The notes under the pieces: generated by a model
What the model was told of the DNA's origin: nothing
Database searches by the model: none
What the model saw: the letters and a program-made list of their open reading frames with translations, nothing else
Assembly (NCBI GenBank): GCA_037442365.1
Contig: JBBIQK010000007.1
Coordinates: 1,284-65,283 of the forward strand
DNA: 64,000 nt
Source of the DNA: Armatimonadota bacterium
GTDB lineage: Bacteria > Armatimonadota > Fimbriimonadia > Fimbriimonadales > GBS-DC
Direction of reading: 5' to 3'
Made by a program: the position numbers and the translations under genes
In this document: positions 10,101 through 17,545 of the stretch, one piece after another
Layout: each line of letters begins with the position of its first letter
Position numbering within the stretch: position 1 is the first letter of the stretch

Positions 10101-10811
10101 AATCAAATTTTCATGCAAGCATTTCGGTGTACCTCAGAGATTCGCGACCCGTTGGAGAAAGCCTGGGCGTTACGAACAGTGGTTAACACCGTTCCACGAA
10201 TACGACAGGTCAATTTGCGGAAACAAGTCTTACAACAAGCGGAAGAAATCGCGACTGCGATGGAGGACTCGGAAGGGAAGCTGGAAGCGCTGCGTGCGAT
10301 TCTCGTAGTACTGGCACAGATAGGTGAAGTAAATCGCGCGAAAAATGTTTTGAAACGGGCAAAGAATGTTGCAAGAGTATTACAAAACCCAGAAGAAAAA
10401 GAAAATGCATTAATAGCAATCGAATTGGCATTGGACGACAAATTCGATGATTCGCTAAACATTATACAAGGTTTAAAAGATATTTACTGGAAAAACTTAA
10501 GCTTGTGGACGATTGCTACCTTCTTTGCTACACAGCAGAAGTTTTCCGATGCTGTGTTTACGATTGAACAGCTTTATTCTGATCAACATGAAGTTTTTCC
10601 CAAGATTGCGAATGATATGCTTGAAGCGGGCGATCGGCGCTATTTCAAGCAGCTCCTGCTCCCGTGCGCCTACTTCAGAGTGTCTGCGCTGGAGATGTGC
10701 GCCGCGCTGATCCGCGCCTATCCCGAACAGGCGGAGGCGATTGGCGAAGTGGTACTGGAGTTCGTCGGCGCGCAGGGGGCTGACACGGAAGCGCCCGAAC
10801 CCGCGCCGTAG
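7185..10811 (+). CDS. STAND/NACHT-like P-loop NTPase with N-terminal glycine-zipper segment and C-terminal helical (TPR/HEAT-like) repeats
   Basis: N-terminus GSVLGGPIGGLAGGFIGSVLG. FVGRQEIL..VIHAPAGYGKTRL is the Walker A (nt 8203-8226). VVLLIDALDEAD is the Walker B (nt 8472-8507). The C-terminal ~500 aa is repetitive alpha-helical sequence. Confidence 0.7.
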   Translation: MFAGAGNFVKDACATAGMSLGSVLGGPIGGLAGGFIGSVLGEIVVQSVADLSREKLQDSLRRFRPSRNADIERAILEALRGALQHSRDALRQQPGDATSLPRGLSTEEEALFKAWDSKLQAALKGADAQVHEAVGELSPDAPALAASPDETLADWLLRLLQRLAERETLPEPLREFLQARLPQRFRHEFAQLLKDPRHQRAWIAFQKQMLDAILQAIHEMQTLTPEIAQGVQLLQERQMQLTQAVAEWLESEPDRWQERAHELAQTITEPILHAIHDTRERVEFIVNLLGEKHRYRLLHEGTLRFLQSYAQGVFVGRQEILANLEAFLTTRSSGLAVIHAPAGYGKTRLMMKLLNRLQARGDADVAFHFFSTREELGGLGTRTEYAYAHLLLQLGHITNTKVYLPDGNPDELRAQLLYEIRDLKPPRGRVVLLIDALDEADAPVMHLPLPETLPDGVFVVVSARWDNRPEPPPYLEAWLARADAHYPLDALSESDLRDWVRNIEPLRACADDPDFIRQLHQRTEGLTLYARYLLDELSQSPNPKQALQNAPMGIQKYIEHQIRQLASHVSNAQGIRRMFALLTVVKAPLPQSDLETLCEVSVWDLQNLPQPVRRWFLCSKAGWQFAHPLLAIEFRNALGREPLLMEQKLIDYSARWKEHKSHYALRHYAAHLMERAQHESAAAEALYALATDDTFLQAQREAFPTEPDLPLKAIQQAIQVASQRDEAVILAHLMLRHAAIADEIRFAQSPYEIWSEKGDLHRALRVANLHNPRMRALHCLLLAAALSEPEHRKFIIRNLCDSNIPFYKRRWQERFIRIIEQIIGNEIQNECPELITKMLPNGQSPVQPPLPEESAQNTEGITQSVVDASDGYQQINKHLDDAQRFLHNHSLNDALNSLNRALKIVPEISFKLSSFWTKIVISIARAPSRRQKLKILNELVREAQQVPELEWQARILAAIAEARANIIFPRKDNQIFMQAFRCTSEIRDPLEKAWALRTVVNTVPRIRQVNLRKQVLQQAEEIATAMEDSEGKLEALRAILVVLAQIGEVNRAKNVLKRAKNVARVLQNPEEKENALIAIELALDDKFDDSLNIIQGLKDIYWKNLSLWTIATFFATQQKFSDAVFTIEQLYSDQHEVFPKIANDMLEAGDRRYFKQLLLPCAYFRVSALEMCAALIRAYPEQAEAIGEVVLEFVGAQGADTEAPEPAP

Positions 10812-10871
10812 CTGGTCGCGTGCCTGGGCGCGCCTTGCTTACTGCATGAGCCCTATGAGTATCCACCCTAC

Positions 10872-11963
10872 CTACCCCCAGTACCGCTCCCAGAAACTGA
10901 TTTGCTGCTGGGCGAAGCGGCGGGCGTAGTCCAGGTCGGCGGGGTCAATCGCCGGCGGCGCGTGGTCGGTCAGGGTCGGGATGCGGTCGTGCGCCTCGAA
11001 AGTCTCAGGCGTCGCGTCGGGGAGGTCTACGCCCACAAGCGTCGCAATCGCAAGCGTCCACATACGCGGCACGGTCGTCAGATTGTAGCCCCCGCCGCCC
11101 AGCGCAACCATCGGGATACCCAGCGACTTCGCCCACTGAACGGCGCGCAGCCAGCCCTGCGCCGTCAGACACAGGTGTCCCAGGGGGTCCAGAGAGTGCG
11201 GGTCGCAGCCCATCTGCAACACCAGCGCATGCGGCTGGAACCGTTCGAAGGCGCGGGGTACGACCTGCTCAAACGCCTCCCACCAGATGGCATCGTCCGT
11301 GTAGGGCGCGAGCGGGATGTTGACCGAGGTCCCTTCCGCGTCGCCCTCGCCCAGCTCGTTCACCGCGCCTGTGCCCGGAAAGAGCCACTGTCCGCCCTCG
11401 TGAATCGAGACGGTCAGCACGCTGGGGTCGCGGTAGAAAATCCACTGCACGCCGTCGCCGTGATGCAGGTCGATGTCCAGGTACGCCACGCGCTCGAACC
11501 GTTCGCGCAGAATGTGAACTGCAATCGCGGGGTCGTTGAAGATACAAAACCCGCTGGCGCGGTTGGGCAGCGCATGGTGCAGCCCGCCCGTGATGTTAAT
11601 TGCCAGCGGCGCGCCGTCGCGCACGGCGCAGGCGGCGGCGACCGTCGCGCGGGTGTACGCCAGCGCCGCCTCCCACATCCCCACAAACGGCGGGTTGTCG
11701 CCGTAAGGCGAGAAGCCCCAGCGATGTGCGTCCATCAACGGCGCGCCCGCGCTGAGCTGGCGCACCACCTCGATATATTCAGGCGTATGCACGCGGCGCA
11801 ACGCCGACTCGTCGATTTCAGGCGGCGTCTGCCAGTCCAGACGGTCGCTCAGCCCATAGGCGTCCATCAGGGCGCGCAACAACACCAGTCGCTGCGGCTT
11901 CAGCGGATGCGACTCGCTGAACTGGTACTGCTCAATCGCCGAATCGTAAAAAAACGGCGTCAT
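10872..11963 (-). CDS. histone deacetylase-family protein (AcuC/acetoin utilisation-type deacetylase)
   Basis: GGLHHA, DIDLHHGDGVQ and GGGGYN motifs of class I HDAC/AcuC. ATG at 11963 sits 7 nt after a TATACT box. Confidence 0.8.
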   Translation of the reverse strand: MTPFFYDSAIEQYQFSESHPLKPQRLVLLRALMDAYGLSDRLDWQTPPEIDESALRRVHTPEYIEVVRQLSAGAPLMDAHRWGFSPYGDNPPFVGMWEAALAYTRATVAAACAVRDGAPLAINITGGLHHALPNRASGFCIFNDPAIAVHILRERFERVAYLDIDLHHGDGVQWIFYRDPSVLTVSIHEGGQWLFPGTGAVNELGEGDAEGTSVNIPLAPYTDDAIWWEAFEQVVPRAFERFQPHALVLQMGCDPHSLDPLGHLCLTAQGWLRAVQWAKSLGIPMVALGGGGYNLTTVPRMWTLAIATLVGVDLPDATPETFEAHDRIPTLTDHAPPAIDPADLDYARRFAQQQISFWERYWG

Positions 11964-11970
11964 CACAGGC

Positions 11971-11976
11971 AGTATA
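11971..11976 (-). promoter_or_regulatory. -10 box (GGTATACT), 7 nt upstream of the HDAC-family ATG
   Basis: Reverse complement reads caGGTATACTgcctgtgATG. Confidence 0.45.
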
Positions 11977-11996
11977 CCTGCAGGGGCGCGTGCAGG

Positions 11997-12851
11997 CTAC
12001 GACTGGATCGCCGCCACCTCCAGCCACTCGATCCCGTCCCAGCCGTGAAACCGCTTCTGCATCACCTCGAGGGCTTCGGGGTTGTTGTCCACCAGAATGA
12101 ACCGCCTGCCCAGCTCCAGCGCGGCGACGCCCGTTGTGCCGCTGCCGGCGAAAAAGTCCAGCACCAGATGCTCCGGGTGCGACGAGGCGCGGATAATTCG
12201 GCGTAGAATGCCCAGCGGCTTCTGAGTCGGGTAGCCCATGCGCTCCCTGCTGTTGGTCGGCACAATCGTATGCCACCACACATCGGTCGGCAGCTTGCCC
12301 CGTCGCGCCTTCTCTTCGCCCACCAGCGCAGGCGCCATGTACGGCACACGGTCAATCGCGTCTGGATTGAACACATAGCGGTCGGGGGCTTTCACATAGA
12401 GCAGGATGGTGTCGTGCTTGGGGGGCCATTTGCGGCGGGGGCGTCCGCCATAGTCATATGCCCAGATAATCTCGTTCAAAAAACATGCCCGCCCGAAAAT
12501 CGCGTCCAATAGCACTTTACAGTAATGCGCCTCGCGGTAGTCGATGTGAAAGTAGAGGCTGCCGTGCGGCGCAAGCACCCGATACGCCTCCTGCAGGCGC
12601 GGCTCCAGAAAAGCGAGGTAGTCGTCGAAAATATCGATGAAGCTGCGCGAGCCGAGCGTGAGCGTGCGGTAGCGGTTGCCCCCAAAGCCCACCCGATCGC
12701 CCGACTCGGAGCGCACCGTGCGCAACGCGGTGTAGCGCTGCTGCTTGCCCGTGTTGAAGGGCGGGTCGATGTAAATCAAATCCACCGATTCGGTCGGCAG
12801 GGTCTGCAGCACATGCAAGTTGTCCCCGAAGTAGACGCGCCCACGCCACAT
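11997..12851 (-). CDS. beta-class DNA methyltransferase (N6-adenine or N4-cytosine)
   Basis: Motif IV IYIDPPFNTG lies near the N-terminus. Motif I VLDFFAGSGTTGVAA lies near the C-terminus. Confidence 0.8.
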   Translation of the reverse strand: MWRGRVYFGDNLHVLQTLPTESVDLIYIDPPFNTGKQQRYTALRTVRSESGDRVGFGGNRYRTLTLGSRSFIDIFDDYLAFLEPRLQEAYRVLAPHGSLYFHIDYREAHYCKVLLDAIFGRACFLNEIIWAYDYGGRPRRKWPPKHDTILLYVKAPDRYVFNPDAIDRVPYMAPALVGEEKARRGKLPTDVWWHTIVPTNSRERMGYPTQKPLGILRRIIRASSHPEHLVLDFFAGSGTTGVAALELGRRFILVDNNPEALEVMQKRFHGWDGIEWLEVAAIQS

Positions 12852-12878
12852 CGCGGCAGAGGATACCCACTCGCGCGG

Positions 12879-13694
12879 CTAATTGTTCGGCTGAATCGTC
12901 ACCTTGCGGGCGTAGTCGTTGCCCTCCTCGTCGCGGGTGCGGTGAATCGTCGCGCGGGCAGGCGGCTTGATTTGTTCCACCTTCACGGACTTGCCCCTGA
13001 AGGTGAACTCGGTGTTCTCATCGTAGCGGATGTCGCGCACATCGCCCGCGCGCGTGAGGACCCTGAGAATCTTTTTCTGGCGGTCGATGCCCTGAATCGT
13101 GCCCTGCAGCGACGGGAGCGTGCGCTCGCGTCCAATCTGGGCGTCCTTTTCGGTGTTGCTGACCGACAGGAGCATCGTGTCGAGGTTCGACAGCAGGCGC
13201 GGCGCGAGATAGAGCGTCTCGCCGACGACGAAGTCCTCCAGCGTCGCGGGCTTGCCGTCGCGCTCGAATCGGGTTTTGGGAGTGAATTTGTAGGCGAATC
13301 GGCTTTTGTCGGGCAGCTCGATGAGCAGGTAGTTGTCCTCCACGCCGACGAGCGCGCCCCTGACGATGCCGCGGCGCACCTTCTCCAGCCATTTCCATGT
13401 GTCGGGGTCTGCCATCTCGCGCACGACGGGGCGCACCTGCACACCGACGCTGACCCGCGCCATCACCTGCTTGCCCTCCATCTGCCGAAACGCCTCGATG
13501 TCGGCAGGCTGCTTGCCCATCCACAGGCGCGGCTTCTTGTGCAGGGTCGCGTTCATATCGGGCTTGCCCGCCCGCTTGAGGACAATCGCGCCGCCTTCGG
13601 GGTCGAACTTCGCCAGCGTCGCCAGAAAAATCTCCGTTTCCGCCCAACCAGCGAGAACCGCCATGCAGAACGCCACACACGCCAGCATGCGCAT
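12879..13694 (-). CDS. secreted hypothetical protein
   Basis: MRMLACVAFCMAVLAGWA signal peptide with GAGGTG upstream. No recognisable family. Start is uncertain (ATGs at 13700, 13694 and 13688). Confidence 0.5.
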   Translation of the reverse strand: MRMLACVAFCMAVLAGWAETEIFLATLAKFDPEGGAIVLKRAGKPDMNATLHKKPRLWMGKQPADIEAFRQMEGKQVMARVSVGVQVRPVVREMADPDTWKWLEKVRRGIVRGALVGVEDNYLLIELPDKSRFAYKFTPKTRFERDGKPATLEDFVVGETLYLAPRLLSNLDTMLLSVSNTEKDAQIGRERTLPSLQGTIQGIDRQKKILRVLTRAGDVRDIRYDENTEFTFRGKSVKVEQIKPPARATIHRTRDEEGNDYARKVTIQPNN

Positions 13695-13753
13695 ACCCAT
13701 CACCTCGCTGGCGGACGATTCGCGCCCTCCGCGCGGTTTCCTGCCCTGTGAGG

Positions 13754-13759
13754 TATAAT
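13754..13759 (+). promoter_or_regulatory. -10 box (GGTATAAT), 8 nt upstream of ATG 13768
   Basis: Sequence gaGGTATAATctttctggATG. Confidence 0.45.
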
Positions 13760-13767
13760 CTTTCTGG

Positions 13768-14688
13768 ATGAGCCGACACGAAAAACCCACCAGCCGACGC
13801 GACTTCCTGCGCGAGGGGTTGCGCTCGCTGGTGAACGCAGGCTTTGGGGGCGTCTTTGAGAAGCTGGAGCGGGTAGGCGAGCTGATGGAGCGGGGCGAGC
13901 CGAAACCCGCGCCGCTGATGCCCGTTCTCAGCTGCGAAAGCCGCGCGTTGCACCCCCTGCTGGAGTCGGGGCAACTCAGCCTCGAAACCTGCGGCGCGAT
14001 GCTGAACGAGCTGGATATTCAGGGCGTGAGCCTGAGCGACCGCCACATCAGCAGCCTCCATCCCCGTGCGCTGGAACACCTGCGCGAGGGCTTCCACCGC
14101 CACGCGATTGCCATCACAGGCGTGATGGTCTCGGAGCCTGTGAACCTGAACGACGAGCCGAGCCTGAGCCGACGCCTGGACGAAACGATTGAACGCCTGC
14201 AGGCGGCGGCGATTCTGCAAGCCCCGCTGATTCGGCTGCACCTGAGCGGCGAGCGCGACGACGAGCTGTTCGAACGCGGCGCGCTGTTCCTGCAGCGACT
14301 GCTGCCTGAAGCGCGGCGACGGCGCGTACGCATCGTTATCGAGAACCGCGAGGGCGTCGGACGACGCCCTGAGCTGCTGGTGAACCTGATACGGGCGACC
14401 GACCTGCGCTGGATTGGCGCCTGCTACGACTTCGGACACGGCGCGCCCGAACGATACTACGACGCCGCGCGCATCCTCGCGCCCTACGCCTTCCATGTGC
14501 ATGCCAAAAGCCGCGCCTTCGACCCGCGCGGCGAAGAGACAACGATTGAGTACGGGCGTGTGCTGAGCATCCTGCGCCTTGCCAGCTATGTCGGCGCGCT
14601 GTCAATTGAGTATCTCGGCGAGGACGACCCGCTGGAAGGCGTGCGACGAACGCGCGATTTAATCCGACGCCACTGGCGCGCCTACTGA
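13768..14688 (+). CDS. xylose-isomerase-like TIM-barrel protein (sugar phosphate isomerase/epimerase family) with Tat-type signal
   Basis: The N-terminal SRRDFLREGL twin-arginine motif is clear. The family assignment is from general sequence character only. Confidence 0.5.
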   Translation: MSRHEKPTSRRDFLREGLRSLVNAGFGGVFEKLERVGELMERGEPKPAPLMPVLSCESRALHPLLESGQLSLETCGAMLNELDIQGVSLSDRHISSLHPRALEHLREGFHRHAIAITGVMVSEPVNLNDEPSLSRRLDETIERLQAAAILQAPLIRLHLSGERDDELFERGALFLQRLLPEARRRRVRIVIENREGVGRRPELLVNLIRATDLRWIGACYDFGHGAPERYYDAARILAPYAFHVHAKSRAFDPRGEETTIEYGRVLSILRLASYVGALSIEYLGEDDPLEGVRRTRDLIRRHWRAY

Positions 14689-14690
14689 CG

Positions 14691-16076
14691 ATGGAGATTG
14701 TGGAGCGCGTGCGCGCGACCCTCCGCGAGCGACGCCTGCTGCCCCCAGATGGCGGTCTTGTGATTGTCGGCTATTCGGGCGGGGCAGACTCCACCGCGCT
14801 GCTGCACCTGCTGACGCGCCTGCAGGACGAGTTCCGCATCCACCTCCACGCGGCGCACCTGCATCACGGCATGCGCCCCGAAGCGGACGACGATGTGCGC
14901 GTGTGCCAGTCCGTGTGCGAGCAACTGCAGGTTCCCCTGCACATTGAGCGCGTCGATGTGCCCGCGCGGGCGCAGGCGGAGCGCATGTCGCTGGAAGAGG
15001 CGGGGCGCTACGCCCGCTACGAGTTCTTCGAGCGGCTGGCGCACGCGCTGGACGCCGTCGCCGTCGCGCTGGCGCACACCCGCGATGACCAGATAGAGAC
15101 CCTCCTGATTAACCTGCTGCGCGGCACGGGACCGCGCGGGCTGTGCGGGATGCCCTACCAGCGCGACCGCATCATCCGCCCGCTGCTCGACGCGACGCGC
15201 GCCCAGACGCACACCTACTGCGCGGCGCACGGGCTGCCGACCGTGTTCGACCGTACGAACCTGGACCCGCATCAGCTGCGCCGTCGCGTGCGCATGGAGC
15301 TGCTGCCCTTGATGCGCGACCTCTCCCCTGCCGTCGACCGCCATCTGCTGCGCCTTGCAGACATTCTGGCGCAGGAGGAGGCGTGGTGGGCGACCGCGCT
15401 GGAGTGCGGAACCATAGCTGCTGAAGCTTCGCTTCAGCACTCCACAATCGCGCGGGATGCCTTCACTCAACTTCACCCCGCGCTGCAGCGGCGCGTGTTG
15501 CGCGAGTGGTTGCGCAGGCGGCTGGGCGCGTTGAACCTCCCGCCGTATGAGATTCTGGAGGGCGTCCGCCGCGCCACGCTGGACGGCAGGCGCACTTCGT
15601 GGCAACTCACAGACGCCCTGCGCCTGACCACCGACGAGACCGCACTGCGCCTGCACGAAGCATCGCCCCGCCCTGAACCCTATGAGTACCCCGTTGCGCT
15701 GGAGACGCCCGTGCTGATTCCGCAGGCAGGCGCATGGCTGGAGGCGCGCCTGCAAAACGCCCCGCCCCCATCGCTTGAGCCAGCGTCCCACGAGGCGTAC
15801 CTCGACGCCGACGCCGTGCAGGGGCAGCTGTGCGTGCGCAACGGACGCGCAGGCGACCGATTCCAGCCGCTGGGCATGCACGCGCCCAGAAAACTGAGCG
15901 ACATCTTCATCGACCGCAAAATCCCCCGCGCTGAACGCTGGCGACTGCCCCTGCTGTGCGACGCGGCGGGTATTCTCTGGATCCCGGGCTACACGATTGC
16001 CGCGCGCGCCCGTATCACGCCCGACACCCGACGCGTGCTGCATGTCGCCCTGCGCCGAAACGACACCGAAGCGTAA
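14691..16076 (+). CDS. tilS: tRNA(Ile)-lysidine synthase
   Basis: PP-loop VGYSGGADSTALLHLL, an HxxHxxR region, and a C-terminal domain with GxxKLSDxFIDxKIP. Confidence 0.9.
   Translation: MEIVERVRATLRERRLLPPDGGLVIVGYSGGADSTALLHLLTRLQDEFRIHLHAAHLHHGMRPEADDDVRVCQSVCEQLQVPLHIERVDVPARAQAERMSLEEAGRYARYEFFERLAHALDAVAVALAHTRDDQIETLLINLLRGTGPRGLCGMPYQRDRIIRPLLDATRAQTHTYCAAHGLPTVFDRTNLDPHQLRRRVRMELLPLMRDLSPAVDRHLLRLADILAQEEAWWATALECGTIAAEASLQHSTIARDAFTQLHPALQRRVLREWLRRRLGALNLPPYEILEGVRRATLDGRRTSWQLTDALRLTTDETALRLHEASPRPEPYEYPVALETPVLIPQAGAWLEARLQNAPPPSLEPASHEAYLDADAVQGQLCVRNGRAGDRFQPLGMHAPRKLSDIFIDRKIPRAERWRLPLLCDAAGILWIPGYTIAARARITPDTRRVLHVALRRNDTEA
15401..15443 (+). repeat. degenerate in-frame copy (copy D) of the 52-nt double-hairpin element, inside tilS
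   Basis: GGAGTGCGGAAccatagctGCTGAAGCttcGCTTCAGCACTCC. It shares both ends and the second hairpin with the copy at 35755-35806 and is translated as ECGTIAAEASLQHS. Confidence 0.7.
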
Positions 16077-16088
16077 GCGTCAGACGAT

Positions 16089-16715
16089 GTGATGGAACGG
16101 GCGTTGGCGATGGATAACCTGTACGCTGGAGCGGTAGACCGCACGCTCACCGACGAGCAACTCGCAGCGAAGGCGCGCGAGGGCGACGCTGCCGCGATGG
16201 AGGAACTCTACCTGCGCTATCGGCAGCCTGTGTTCCGAATCGTGTACCGCTCCACGCGCAACACCGACGAGGCGGAAGACATCGTGCAGGATGTGTTCCT
16301 GAAGGCGTTTGAACGCCTGCACACCTTCCGCGAGCAGAGTCGGTTCAGCACATGGCTGATGCGCATCGCGCTGAACCTATGTACCGACCGCGCGCGCATG
16401 CGCCAGCGCCGACAGGAGCTGCTGGAGCGCGAGGCGGAGCATAAACTGGCGTGGAGCCATCCCGAATCGCCCGACCCGATGGAGACCGTGCAGGAGAATG
16501 CGTTCAACGAGGCGTTTTATACCGCGCTGCGCCAGCTGCCCGACCACCATCGGCAGCTGATTGTGCTGCGCGATCTGGAAGAGATGGACTACGAGGAGAT
16601 TGCCCGCATTCTGGGCACGAGCGTCGGCGCGGTGAAGCTGCGGGTGATGCGCGCCCGACGCGCGTTCAAAGTAAAGCTGGAACCGCTGCTGAAAGCGATT
16701 GGAGCCTTAGAATGA
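16089..16715 (+). CDS. ECF-type RNA polymerase sigma factor
   Basis: Region 2 DEAEDIVQDVFLKAFERL, FSTWLMRIALNLCTDR, and a region 4 HTH (DYEEIARILGTSVGAVKLRVMRAR). Confidence 0.9.
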   Translation: MMERALAMDNLYAGAVDRTLTDEQLAAKAREGDAAAMEELYLRYRQPVFRIVYRSTRNTDEAEDIVQDVFLKAFERLHTFREQSRFSTWLMRIALNLCTDRARMRQRRQELLEREAEHKLAWSHPESPDPMETVQENAFNEAFYTALRQLPDHHRQLIVLRDLEEMDYEEIARILGTSVGAVKLRVMRARRAFKVKLEPLLKAIGALE

Positions 16716-17545
16716 GACGCCCTTGTCGTGAGCTGGAACGACACATCGAGCGCGGAGCGGAGCATCTGCCCGACGCCCTGTGGGCGCATTTGACGGCGTG
16801 CGCCCGATGTCAGCGTGCGTGGCGACTGCACGAGGCGTACCGCCGCGCCCTGCAGGCAGCTCGGCGCGAGCCGACGCCCGCATGTGAGTTGCCCTGGTCG
16901 CGCGTGCAGGCGCGGCTCGCGGCGCGCGCCGTGCGTCAGAAACCTGCGCGATGGCTAAGCCCTGCGCTGGCGTGGGGGACGGCAGTCGTTGTCGTGCTAG
17001 CGATAGGCGCGGCGCTACTGTTCCCAACGATGACGCAGTCGCGCGGCGGGACGCACGCATGGGCGACTCACGAGCGTCTTGTGCCTGCGCCTGCAGACAT
17101 GGCGCGCCACGAGGCGCTGGACGCAGATGCCCCCGCACAGGCGGTAGTCCGCGCCGAAAACGCGCCTCGTGCGCCCGCAACGACCATCGTGGCGCAGGCG
17201 ACGCCTCGCAGGCACGAATCTGCACGCCTGCAGTCGCCTGCGGCAGAGTCGCTGTCGCCCCTGCGTGCAAAAGGCACTATGTCAGGAGCAGCGCGCGCCA
17301 CCGAATCAATGCCCATCACAGAGGCTTATCGGGTTCCTCACGAGGAGACACGCGCTCTGATGGGGGAGGCAACGGGAATGTCCCCGCCCGATTTCGGATA
17401 CGAGCAGGTGTTCACCATCGCCAGCCTACCGCTCACGCCTTTCGGCGTGGGCGACCAGGCGACAAGCGTGGAATATTTGCCCATTCGTTATGGTACATCA
17501 TCGTATGAGGGTTCCCATCATGAGGCAGTTATTGGCTCTTTTTAG
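16712..17545 (+). CDS. anti-sigma factor (zf-HC2-like, single-pass membrane)
   Basis: ATGA overlap with the sigma-factor stop. N-terminus H..LTACARCQ resembles the zinc-binding anti-sigma motif. One TM helix (WGTAVVVVLAIGAALLF). Confidence 0.7.
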   Translation: MRRPCRELERHIERGAEHLPDALWAHLTACARCQRAWRLHEAYRRALQAARREPTPACELPWSRVQARLAARAVRQKPARWLSPALAWGTAVVVVLAIGAALLFPTMTQSRGGTHAWATHERLVPAPADMARHEALDADAPAQAVVRAENAPRAPATTIVAQATPRRHESARLQSPAAESLSPLRAKGTMSGAARATESMPITEAYRVPHEETRALMGEATGMSPPDFGYEQVFTIASLPLTPFGVGDQATSVEYLPIRYGTSSYEGSHHEAVIGSF

